A stretch of 64,000 bases of DNA from Thermoproteota archaeon (GTDB lineage: Archaea; Korarchaeota; Korarchaeia; Korarchaeales; Korarchaeaceae): contig JALWYH010000029.1 in NCBI GenBank assembly GCA_027078475.1, positions 10,808 to 74,807 on the forward strand, given 5' to 3'. Made by a program: the position numbers and the translations under genes. Shown here one piece after another: positions 56,989-64,000 of this stretch (its first letter is position 1; each line of letters opens with the position of its first letter). The notes beneath the pieces were generated by a model. It did no database searches. It was not told the origin of the DNA and was given only the letters and a program-made list of their open reading frames with translations.

Positions 56989-57699
56989 CTAATCCCTCAG
57001 GGCCTTGATGAGATCCATGGCGTACTTCTCGTCGGGCTGCACCCCTATCGAGATCTCCTTGGGGATCTCCTTACCATCCTCCCGGACCGCGATCACATTG
57101 TGGGGGACTGCCGACACGTGGAACATGTCCGCCAGATCGGGGTTCTCGTAGGCCTCTACGCAGTCGGCCTCAACCTGACCCTTGAGCTCTATGGCGAACC
57201 TGTTGGCCAGTAAGACCTGGTTGGGGCAGTACGGACAGGTAGGGGTGACGAATATCATTATGTGGGCCTCCTTGTCGTAGTTCCTGGCCTCCTTAAGGAT
57301 CTCCCTCACCCTATCTGGGAGGCCGCTGTCATCCCTGCTAACAAGTATCATGGTCTCCACGAAGGCCCATGCCTCATAGCCAGCTGGGGCACCTGTGTAT
57401 CTTATCTTGTAGCCTGCTCTTGGATCGATCAATATAGTGGGCGTCTTCGCCACGTTGAACTCCTCTATCAGGTCGGGCTCCAAGGTCACATCGTGTATCT
57501 CCACCTTGATCTTGTCGGATAGTTCGTCCAACTCCTTCAGAAGCTGCTCCGTCCAATGTGAGTACTCCTCATTTCCAACCCCTTTGAACATCAGGAGCTC
57601 TATGGGACGGGACATCTCCGCGTCGAACCTAGCCCGGAGCTGGGACGCCGTCTGCTCGTCGATGATCCTCTGGTGGGAATGACTATGGGTATGTCCCAT
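56989..57699 (-). CDS. Protein-disulfide-oxidoreductase-like protein (hyperthermophile PDO; two thioredoxin-like units, one CPYC site)
   Basis: 236 aa. Second unit has IMIFVTPTCPYCP. First unit lacks CXXC. His-rich N-terminus HTHSHSH. TATA tatttaaat at 57724-57732. Confidence 0.6.
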   Translation of the reverse strand: MGHTHSHSHQRIIDEQTASQLRARFDAEMSRPIELLMFKGVGNEEYSHWTEQLLKELDELSDKIKVEIHDVTLEPDLIEEFNVAKTPTILIDPRAGYKIRYTGAPAGYEAWAFVETMILVSRDDSGLPDRVREILKEARNYDKEAHIMIFVTPTCPYCPNQVLLANRFAIELKGQVEADCVEAYENPDLADMFHVSAVPHNVIAVREDGKEIPKEISIGVQPDEKYAMDLIKALRD

Positions 57700-57864
57700 G
57701 GTTTCACCGGGGATAACCGACTACTCACCTATTTAAATTCCATCATGTAAACTGTAATGGTCGAGGTTCATGACATCTAAAAACGCAGTTAAGTTAATCA
57801 AAATTTACGGAAAAATGAGGAGGTGATAATAATAAGGAATAAAAAAGATTCATCACTTTCAAAA

Positions 57865-58377
57865 GTGACCGCGCAGATAGGTGTGTGGACCGCTCTCGCA
57901 GTAGCAACTAGGATGGGCAAGCATGCGCTGGTGGGGCCCTTCCAGTTCGTCAATCTTCCTTTGCTCTTCACGATGATATCAGGGCTTGTCTACGGTTGGA
58001 GGGTAGGTTTCGGTGTCGGGTTCCTCTCCTTCCTCGTTTCCGATAGCCTCCTTGGGATAGGCATATGGACGCTGGTGGATGGGATCATAGCGGGCGCGAT
58101 AGGGGCGGCTTGGTCCAAGCTGAGGCTGAGGAGCGGGGCTTCTCTGTTCGTGTTATCATACCTGTCCTGCTTCCTCTACGATATAGCTACCTCTTGGATA
58201 CTGTACATGCTCTTTGGATTTCCCCCGGTGGAGGCCTTCATCTTGGGCTTAGTGGGTCTTTTCCTACCGGTCGCCGGTGGTGGTGTGGTGGCCATAGGGC
58301 CCATGACCGAGGCCACCACCTCCTTCCTGCTATCAATTTTGGTTCCCCGTCTTTTACGTGAAAATAATTATAGTTAG
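57865..58377 (+). CDS. Small polytopic membrane protein (ECF S-component-like?), flanked by AT-rich islands
   Basis: Five or six TM helices. The ORF-track start 57823 adds 14 A/T-rich codons (MIIIRNKKDSSLSK); GTG 57865 is preferred. Confidence 0.4.
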   Translation: MTAQIGVWTALAVATRMGKHALVGPFQFVNLPLLFTMISGLVYGWRVGFGVGFLSFLVSDSLLGIGIWTLVDGIIAGAIGAAWSKLRLRSGASLFVLSYLSCFLYDIATSWILYMLFGFPPVEAFILGLVGLFLPVAGGGVVAIGPMTEATTSFLLSILVPRLLRENNYS

Positions 58378-58570
58378 ATAATAGCAGCGTTAAATTAATT
58401 TACACAGCTTACTAGGGACGGTCTTCTGATAGATAAATGTTTACATATAGTAGAGGAAAGAGGTCCTCCACCTTTCTCGTACACTCTTTTAGTGTAAAAG
58501 ATGATCTAGAAACTATAAAGCTAAAGATAGGAGAAACTAGATATCTTTTTACCCTTAAACCTAGCTATAC

Positions 58571-59176
58571 TTGTTGGGGTGGTCTCCCCTGATTGAGATA
58601 AGATGGCACGGTAGAGGAGGACAGGGTGTTTGGAGCGGGTCCGCCGTACTCGCCTACTCGGCCATTAAGGCGGGAAAGTACGCGCAGTCTTTCCCCCAGT
58701 TCGGCCCGGAGAGAATAGGTGGCCCCGTTACTGCCTTCAATAGAATAGATGATAAGCCCATAGTAGACAGGGGGCCCATATATGAGCCGGACATAGTAAT
58801 AGTCATAGATCCCAGCTTGTTGAAGCAGAGATACGTCCCTCAGCTACTAAGCGGTTTGAAGAAAGGTGGCTACTTCCTGGCCAACAGTGAGAAGTCCCCT
58901 TCCGAGCTAAGGGAGGAACTGAAACTGCCAGAGGAGGTGCATGTCTGGACAGTTGATGCCACTACCATAGCCCTAGAGGAGATAGGAAGGGCCTCCCCCA
59001 ACACCACCATGCTGGGAGTCCTGCTCGCAGCCACCAACCTGCTACCTGTCGAGTACCTAGAGCAGGGAATACTGTGGAGGTGGCCCGGAACTGTCGGTGA
59101 GAGGAACATAAACGCCCTGAAGAGGGCTATGAGGGAAGCTAGGTCGGACCCCGCGAAGGAGGTGGTTAGCGTATGA
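58571..59176 (+). CDS. porG: Pyruvate/2-oxoacid:ferredoxin oxidoreductase gamma subunit
   Basis: LIEIRWHGRGGQGVWSGSAVLAYSAIKAGKYAQSFPQFGPERIGGPV matches PorG. Start codon is a non-ATG near 58571-58590. Confidence 0.8.
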   Translation: MLGWSPLIEIRWHGRGGQGVWSGSAVLAYSAIKAGKYAQSFPQFGPERIGGPVTAFNRIDDKPIVDRGPIYEPDIVIVIDPSLLKQRYVPQLLSGLKKGGYFLANSEKSPSELREELKLPEEVHVWTVDATTIALEEIGRASPNTTMLGVLLAATNLLPVEYLEQGILWRWPGTVGERNINALKRAMREARSDPAKEVVSV

Positions 59177-59448
59177 GCACTCCTATGGTGGGATGGAAGG
59201 ACCTCCCGATGGCCGCAATCCCGTTCCTGAGTGCTAGGGAGTATCCTACTGGTGAGTGGGCCGTATTCCAGCCTAAGATAGATGAGAGCAAGTGCGTGAG
59301 GTGCGGGCTGTGCTGGATGTACTGCCCCGACAGTGTGTACAGGTGGGACGGGGAAGGAGTGCCCGTTCCCGACTTGGACCACTGCAAGGGATGCGGAATA
59401 TGCGCCACGGAATGCCCGACCAAGGCCATCGAGATGGTCAGGGTGTGA
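59173..59448 (+). CDS. porD: POR delta subunit (2x[4Fe-4S] ferredoxin)
   Basis: CVRCGLCWMYCP and CKGCGICATECP. Confidence 0.8.
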   Translation: MSTPMVGWKDLPMAAIPFLSAREYPTGEWAVFQPKIDESKCVRCGLCWMYCPDSVYRWDGEGVPVPDLDHCKGCGICATECPTKAIEMVRV

Positions 59449-59469
59449 TCTGAAGGGAGGTGTATTTGT

Positions 59470-60708
59470 ATGACAGTTCAGAAGTCGGTCAGTCAGACCA
59501 TGATGGCCCTGAATGGCGATGAGGCCGTGGCGTGGGCCGTTAAGCAGAGCAATGTGGATGTTGTAGCCGCATATCCAATAACCCCGCAGACCATAATAGT
59601 GGAGAGGATCTCCGAGTTCGTCCATAATGGAGAGGTGGACTTAGAGTTTATCAAGGTGGAGAGCGAGCACAGCGCCCTCAGTGCCAGCTGGGGAGCAGCG
59701 CTCGCCGGTGCTAGGGCGTTCACCGCGACGGCTGCTAACGGGTTGGCCCTGATGTGGGAGATACTCTATATAACCGCGTCCACCAGAACCCCCGTGGTCA
59801 TGGCAGTCGTCAACAGGGCTCTGAGCGCGCCGATAAACATACATAATGACCATAGTGACAGCATGGGTGCCAGGGATTCCGGTTGGATTCAGCTGTACAG
59901 CGAAGATGCTCAGGAGGCGTATGATAATACCATAATGGCCTTCAGGATTGCCGAGGAGGCGATGCTACCAGTTATGGTGACGCTTGACGGCTTCACCATA
60001 TCCCACACGCTTCAGAACGTCTCTGTGCTTCCCGATGAGGTCGTATCGAGCTTCGTTGGGGTCAGGAAAATCCCAAGAGTGAAGCTACCTAGCATACACG
60101 GGGACAAGGAGGTCCCGCTTATGCTCAATCCCAAGTACCCGGTTACCTTCGGCCCTCTGGATCTGTTTGACTACTACTTCGAGCACAAGGTTCAGCAAAA
60201 CGAGGCCATGAAGGCCTCAGTGCCCATAATTGAGAGAGTTCACAGGGAGTTCGCTGAGATAAGCGGCAGATCTTATGAGCCGGTCCACATGATACCATAC
60301 AGGACTGAGGACGCCGACGTGGTGCTGCTCGGTCTATCCTCTACTATGAGCGTGGTCAGGAAGGTGGTAGACGAGCTCAGGGAGGAGGGTAAGAAAGTCG
60401 GAGCGGTGAGGCTCAGGGTATTCAGGCCGTTTCCGGCTGACATGATAAGGAGGGAACTCTCAGGTTTTAGTACCGTGGGAGTTCTGGACAGATCTCTGAG
60501 CTTCGGGGCGGAGGGAGGTCCAGTATTCGTGGAAGTGAGATCCGCGCTCTACAGCTCCTCGTCCAAGCCCGCGGTCTACAACTACGTGTACGGGCTTGGA
60601 GGGAGGGATCTGCCTCCTAAGCTGATAAAGAAGGCATTCAACGAGCTCCTCGAGGCGAGAGGGGAGCCCGGGAGGCCCGTCGTCAAGTACCTGGGGGTGA
60701 GGGAGTGA
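59470..60708 (+). CDS. porA: POR alpha subunit
   Basis: PorA family body (AAYPITPQT, GLALMWE); 412 aa. Confidence 0.85.
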   Translation: MTVQKSVSQTMMALNGDEAVAWAVKQSNVDVVAAYPITPQTIIVERISEFVHNGEVDLEFIKVESEHSALSASWGAALAGARAFTATAANGLALMWEILYITASTRTPVVMAVVNRALSAPINIHNDHSDSMGARDSGWIQLYSEDAQEAYDNTIMAFRIAEEAMLPVMVTLDGFTISHTLQNVSVLPDEVVSSFVGVRKIPRVKLPSIHGDKEVPLMLNPKYPVTFGPLDLFDYYFEHKVQQNEAMKASVPIIERVHREFAEISGRSYEPVHMIPYRTEDADVVLLGLSSTMSVVRKVVDELREEGKKVGAVRLRVFRPFPADMIRRELSGFSTVGVLDRSLSFGAEGGPVFVEVRSALYSSSSKPAVYNYVYGLGGRDLPPKLIKKAFNELLEARGEPGRPVVKYLGVRE

Positions 60709-61697
60709 TGGTAGCCACGGCAGTTTGGAGGCCGGATATAAAGGAGCTGGCCAGGGTTGAGGGACGTGAGAGGCCCGTTGAATCGGGTCACAGGCTGTGC
60801 GCCGGATGCGGGGCAGGGATAATAATCAGGCAGATAGCCATGGCCGCCAGGAAGCCCCTAGTCTGGGTCAACGCCACGGGATGCGTGGAGGTGGCCACCA
60901 CCATATTCCCGTACACATCGTGGAATGTCCCTTGGGCTCACAATGCCTTCGAGAATGCTGCTGCCGTCGGATCGGGGGTTGAAGCTGCTAGAAAGAAGCT
61001 GGCCAGATCAAACAGATTCTCGGATGATCCGGACGTGGAGCTGGACTACGACGTCATCGTGCTGGGAGGAGATGGAGGCACCTACGATATAGGACTTCAG
61101 TCCATATCCGGAGCCTTTGAGAGGAGGCATAAGATCCTGTACGTGCTCTATGACAACGAGGCCTACATGAACACGGGAATACAGAGATCCGGAGGCACTC
61201 CCTTCGGCGCCAGGACCACCACCACCCCTGTCGGAAAGGTCATCAAGGGCAAGCCCCTCTTCAAGAAGCCGATAATGGACATAATGGTGGCCCATGGAAT
61301 ACCCTACGCGGCCACTGTCTCCCCGGCCTACTGGAATGACGCGCTGGTTAAGTTCAGGAGGGGATTCGAGGCGGATGGACCGGCGTTCATCCACGCTTTC
61401 TCCACGTGCCCTCTGGGATGGGGAAGCGCGCCGGAGGACACGGTCAAGATAATGAAGCTGGCAGTGGAGACGTGCGTGTTCCCCCTGTACGAGGTCGTAG
61501 ATGGTGAGTACAGGCTCACAGGTCCCAGCGTCTCTATAGCCAAGAACCCAGACAGGAAGAAGCCCGTGGAGGAGTACCTGAAACTGCAAGGAAGATTCAG
61601 GCACATGTTCAAGCCGGAGAACAAGTGGATGATTGACAAGTTTCAGGAATGGGTGGATAAGCAGTGGGAGGTCTTGCTGAAGAGAGCCGGCTACTGA
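60705..61697 (+). CDS. porB: POR beta subunit (TPP-binding, Fe-S)
   Basis: Cys ligands CAGCG / GC...C and the TPP motif GDGGTYDIGLQ...YDNEAYMNTG. Confidence 0.85.
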   Translation: MMVATAVWRPDIKELARVEGRERPVESGHRLCAGCGAGIIIRQIAMAARKPLVWVNATGCVEVATTIFPYTSWNVPWAHNAFENAAAVGSGVEAARKKLARSNRFSDDPDVELDYDVIVLGGDGGTYDIGLQSISGAFERRHKILYVLYDNEAYMNTGIQRSGGTPFGARTTTTPVGKVIKGKPLFKKPIMDIMVAHGIPYAATVSPAYWNDALVKFRRGFEADGPAFIHAFSTCPLGWGSAPEDTVKIMKLAVETCVFPLYEVVDGEYRLTGPSVSIAKNPDRKKPVEEYLKLQGRFRHMFKPENKWMIDKFQEWVDKQWEVLLKRAGY

Positions 61698-61704
61698 CCT
61701 CCCC

Positions 61705-61714
61705 TTATTTTTTC
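61705..61714 (+). terminator. Oligo-T tract (cttatttttt) after porB
   Basis: T6 run 61708-61713 immediately after the operon's last stop. Confidence 0.4.
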
Positions 61715-61769
61715 AACTTAACCTCAAAATTGGACTCTAGAGAGAATGTTGAAATGAGCGGGGTTGGCC

Positions 61770-62024
61770 CTAATACTCCTCCTCTTCCTCTTCCCAGAAC
61801 ATCTCTTCCTCCTCTTCCTCTTCCCAGAAGTCCTCGTCGTCCAGCCACTCCTCCTCTTCAATGCCCTCCTCTAATGGTATGACCTCCTTGACCTCTCCTT
61901 TCTCTATCTTAACTTCGAGGAGGGCGCCGCAATTAGGGCACTGTATCTCTCCCTCGTAATCCTCCTCTTCCAAGTAAAACTCATAGCCGCATGATGGGCA
62001 GGTTATCTCCACCACCGCCGACAC
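61770..62024 (-). CDS. LysW/ArgW-like zinc-ribbon amino-group-carrier-like protein with an extended, internally duplicated poly-Glu tail
   Basis: CPSCGYEFYLEEEDYEGEIQCPNCGALLEV matches the LysW pattern CPxCG..L....GE..C..CGA.LEV. Tail DEDFWEEEEEEEMFWEEEEEEY echoes LysW EDWGE. GTG start ~62024 fits the TATA at 62049-62058 (minus). The ORF track extends to 62087. Confidence 0.45.
   Translation of the reverse strand: MSAVVEITCPSCGYEFYLEEEDYEGEIQCPNCGALLEVKIEKGEVKEVIPLEEGIEEEEWLDDEDFWEEEEEEEMFWEEEEEEY
61778..61837. repeat. 2 x 30-nt direct repeat (identical 22-mer cctcctcttcctcttcccagaa at 61778 and 61808) encoding the duplicated [FW]EEEEEE tail
   Basis: Exact 22-nt identity with 30-nt period inside the LysW-like gene. 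Confidence 0.7.
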
Positions 62025-62048
62025 CGCGCTGCTAGGCTTCAACACACT

Positions 62049-62058
62049 ATATATAAGT
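62049..62058 (-). promoter_or_regulatory. TATA box (minus strand cttatatata) for the LysW-like gene
   Basis: ~25-30 nt upstream of GTG 62024. Confidence 0.4.
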
Positions 62059-62184
62059 TTCGGGTGGGGCGGGGCGGTTAGATGCATAGTTTGCGGGCAT
62101 CCGCCATGAACCGGGTGCTAATGAGGTGGTGGAGTGGATTTAGGGGATTATTTTTGAGCTTGACTCCCTCCCGTGCCTGAAGTA

Positions 62185-62571
62185 TCACCTTCTAGACCTG
62201 ATCAAAGCGAGGGAGAGTATTAGTTCCACAGTTCCACCGATGAGGGCAAGGAAGAAGAGTCTGAAGCTCACTTCAATCTCGCTCCCGAGATTGCAGACCT
62301 CAATGCAGGGGCTGGGGCTGTAGCCCAGCAATCCGGACACCCCCCAAGATGCTACCCCTATGGCTAGCAGAGATAGTGCCGCTGAGATGTACGAAGCCGA
62401 TCTGAACCTTAGGCAGGCGATGGAGAGAAAGAACATGAGAACGAAACTCACCCGAAGGATGTAGCATGCTAGGCAGGGAGTCACCCCCTGAATAAATTCC
62501 GTGTAGAGGCTTAGAGCGACTCCCGCTATGGAGATGAGTGCCATCAGGTAGGGTATCGACTTAGCAGGCAT
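62185..62571 (-). CDS. DsbB-like (or VKOR-like) membrane disulfide oxidoreductase
   Basis: Four TM helices. CLAC (CxxC) at the TM1-2 junction and CIEVC pair in the TM3-4 loop, giving DsbB topology. Confidence 0.45.
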   Translation of the reverse strand: MPAKSIPYLMALISIAGVALSLYTEFIQGVTPCLACYILRVSFVLMFFLSIACLRFRSASYISAALSLLAIGVASWGVSGLLGYSPSPCIEVCNLGSEIEVSFRLFFLALIGGTVELILSLALIRSRR

Positions 62572-62619
62572 TGACCTCAGGGCTGGGAGGTGCTATCACA
62601 TAAAAAATTTTCAATATAT

Positions 62620-62865
62620 TCATTCGTCCTTCCTAAGGTACAGGAGCGCCTCCCTCCTCCAAATGGCCACAATCCTGTGGTGAGGTATCTCCCTCCCGTC
62701 CCCCAGTATTATCCTGTCGCCCCTCACACTCACCTCGTCTCCCTTAACCTCCTCCAGATCGTTGGGTGCTCCTCTGCTCACAAAAACTATTACGAATTCT
62801 CCAGGCGAGGTCCTAGGATCCCAGAGCATGGATTCCAGTATCAGCCTGATCTTCCCCTTCCTCAC
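62620..62865 (-). CDS. UPF0248/DUF504-like small protein
   Basis: ~80 aa with IRLILESMLWD near the N-terminus and the IP-HRI block (REIPHHRIVAI) typical of this archaeal family. Lies antisense to the spurious 5' extension of the ORF-track 62590 ORF. Confidence 0.45.
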   Translation of the reverse strand: MRKGKIRLILESMLWDPRTSPGEFVIVFVSRGAPNDLEEVKGDEVSVRGDRIILGDGREIPHHRIVAIWRREALLYLRKDE

Positions 62866-62922
62866 ATGCCATCATCAGCGTATTGGTTTAATTGGATGAT
62901 GCATACCAACTATGGGTCGAAA

Positions 62923-63642
62923 ATGAAAGTGGTAGCTGTATCAGATGTGCACGCTCCGGTCTGGCTTAAGGATCTGGAGAAAGTCGTCAGCGATGAAGAG
63001 AGAGGTCAATACCTTGTGCTGGTGGCCGGGGATATGATAGACAGAGGTAACTTCAGGTATTACAGAAAGGTTGTGGACGTGCTGGAGAATCTAGGTGATG
63101 TGAGCATAATAGCCGTGTTTGGAAACGACGAGTACGATAGCGTGAAGGATAAAATAAGGGAGGAGAACCCCGAGGTAACCTTTCTGGATGACGAGGCCAT
63201 TGAGCTGGAGGTCGATGGAAGGAGGGTGGGCATAGTCGGATCTAGGGGTAGCCTAGAGCTACCTACCACCTGGCAGAAGAGAAATATCCCGGGGATAGAG
63301 AAGATATACGCGAAGAGGCTAGATCTGATAGGTGAACTGCTCAGGGAGATCAGGGGGAGGGTCGATGTCACCCTGCTCCTGACCCATTACGCCACCACCA
63401 CCCAGACCATGAGGGGAGAGAACCCCAGGGCCTGGAGGTACCTAGGGCACAGGGGATTCGAGAGGTACATGAAGGAGGGGCTCGTCGATGTGGCCGTGCA
63501 CGGACACGTTCACAATGGCAGGAGATTGGCCCGCGTCGGGAGCGCTCGCGTGTATAACGTCGCCTTCCCGCTCTGGTGGAGACTGGTCGACATAGACCTC
63601 AGGAGCGAGCGCGTTTCCATAGAGGAGTTCCTGTCGAAGTGA
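62923..63642 (+). CDS. Calcineurin-like metallophosphoesterase
   Basis: MKVVAVSDVHAP, VLVAGDMIDRG, GNDEY, THYA, HGHVHNG motifs. Start at ATG 62923. Confidence 0.7.
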   Translation: MKVVAVSDVHAPVWLKDLEKVVSDEERGQYLVLVAGDMIDRGNFRYYRKVVDVLENLGDVSIIAVFGNDEYDSVKDKIREENPEVTFLDDEAIELEVDGRRVGIVGSRGSLELPTTWQKRNIPGIEKIYAKRLDLIGELLREIRGRVDVTLLLTHYATTTQTMRGENPRAWRYLGHRGFERYMKEGLVDVAVHGHVHNGRRLARVGSARVYNVAFPLWWRLVDIDLRSERVSIEEFLSK

Positions 63643-63645
63643 GGG

Positions 63646-63966
63646 GTGGTGATGGGCATGAGGATAGTGCTCACCACCGTGGAAGATATGGAGAGCGCCA
63701 GGAAGATTTCTACCACCTTGCTGCAAGAGAGGCTGGCTGCCTGCATCTCTATACTGCCAATCAGAAGCATGTACTGGTGGGAGGACAGGATAGAGGAATC
63801 GGATGAGCTCCTGCTCATCGTGAAGACGGCTGAGGAGCGGGTGGACGAGCTCATCGATCGCCTGGCATCCATTCACCCCTACGAGGTGCCCGAGATCGCG
63901 GTCGTACCGGTGGAGAGGGCTGGGGAGTCCTACCTGAGGTGGTTGAGGGATGTCACGCTACGATAG
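63646..63966 (+). CDS. cutA: Divalent-cation tolerance protein CutA
   Basis: AACISILPIRSMYWWEDRIEESDELLLIVKT...IHPYEVPEIAVVPVERAGESYLRWL is CutA1. Confidence 0.75.
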   Translation: MVMGMRIVLTTVEDMESARKISTTLLQERLAACISILPIRSMYWWEDRIEESDELLLIVKTAEERVDELIDRLASIHPYEVPEIAVVPVERAGESYLRWLRDVTLR

Positions 63967-64000
63967 GCAGATCCCCCTCCTGGGGGAGGGTGGCCAGAGG

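Noticed and set aside
58870-59625. 251-aa minus-strand ORF across porG/porD/porA
   Set aside because: Antisense to three conserved POR subunits; low-complexity.
1-64000. Search for CRISPR arrays, transposases/integrases and tRNA genes
   Set aside because: No regularly spaced direct repeats. No transposase- or integrase-like ORFs. No GTTCGAATC/GTTCAAATC-type T-loops in intergenic DNA. By-eye scan only; tRNAscan/Infernal would be definitive.

Overview
High-GC (~58-60%) archaeal chromosomal segment, probably a hyperthermophilic crenarchaeal/TACK lineage. Pointers to that: two family-B DNA polymerases, GatDE, a stand-alone 5S rRNA, Rpp29 inside a ribosomal-protein cluster, PDO- and DsbB-like disulfide genes, and leaderless genes with TATA boxes ~25-30 nt upstream.

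The window is dense, mostly housekeeping core genome on both strands. Main content, in order:
- sdhB, then a PrsW-like protease, a desulfoferrodoxin/SOR-like fusion and an Ogg-type glycosylase.
- HMG-CoA synthase / thiolase / DUF35 mevalonate operon.
- gatD-gatE, then PolB no. 1.
- An r-protein cluster fragment: rpl22-rps3-rpl29-rnp1-rps17.
- gcvT, a GlcD/GlcF-like oxidase pair, a nucleotide-sugar dehydrogenase and rps17e.
- dnaG-pelota, proS, rps26e, PolB no. 2, thiI.
- A stand-alone 5S rRNA on the minus strand, then ileS-aspS.
- A large glycosylated surface protein, a degenerate DHH/DHHA1 protein, and a NifX-like / Thg1-like / phosphoesterase group.
- An aminotransferase, a tmk-kinase operon, prs, radA, TtuA-like tRNA thiolation genes, apgM.
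- Two PAC2 paralogues flanking PadR/DUF354/NADH oxidase; an SPFH protein, surE, a PDO-like gene.
- porGDAB, a LysW-like zinc-ribbon gene, DsbB-like and UPF0248 genes, a metallophosphoesterase, cutA.

No mobile elements, CRISPR arrays or tRNAs were detected by eye.

The most interesting non-obvious signals:
1. A ~200-nt GC-rich structured intergenic element with its own TATA box upstream of dnaG. It carries an RNase P RNA CR-I-like motif and is a candidate reduced RNase P RNA or other ncRNA.
2. A TtuA-like pseudo-paralogue lacking both the PP-loop and the Fe-S cysteines, divergently paired with a Pol-beta nucleotidyltransferase.
3. A ThiS/MoaD-fold gene with no C-terminal Gly-Gly, overlapping the start of the real TtuA.
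4. An orphan LysW-like carrier with a duplicated poly-Glu FWEEEEEE tail.
5. A degenerate DHH/DHHA1 (Cdc45/RecJ-like) protein.
6. An Rpp29 gene whose conserved N-terminal block lies upstream of any canonical start codon.
7. An IleRS with divergent HIGH/KMSKS signatures.
8. Two AT-rich islands flanking a small membrane-protein gene.
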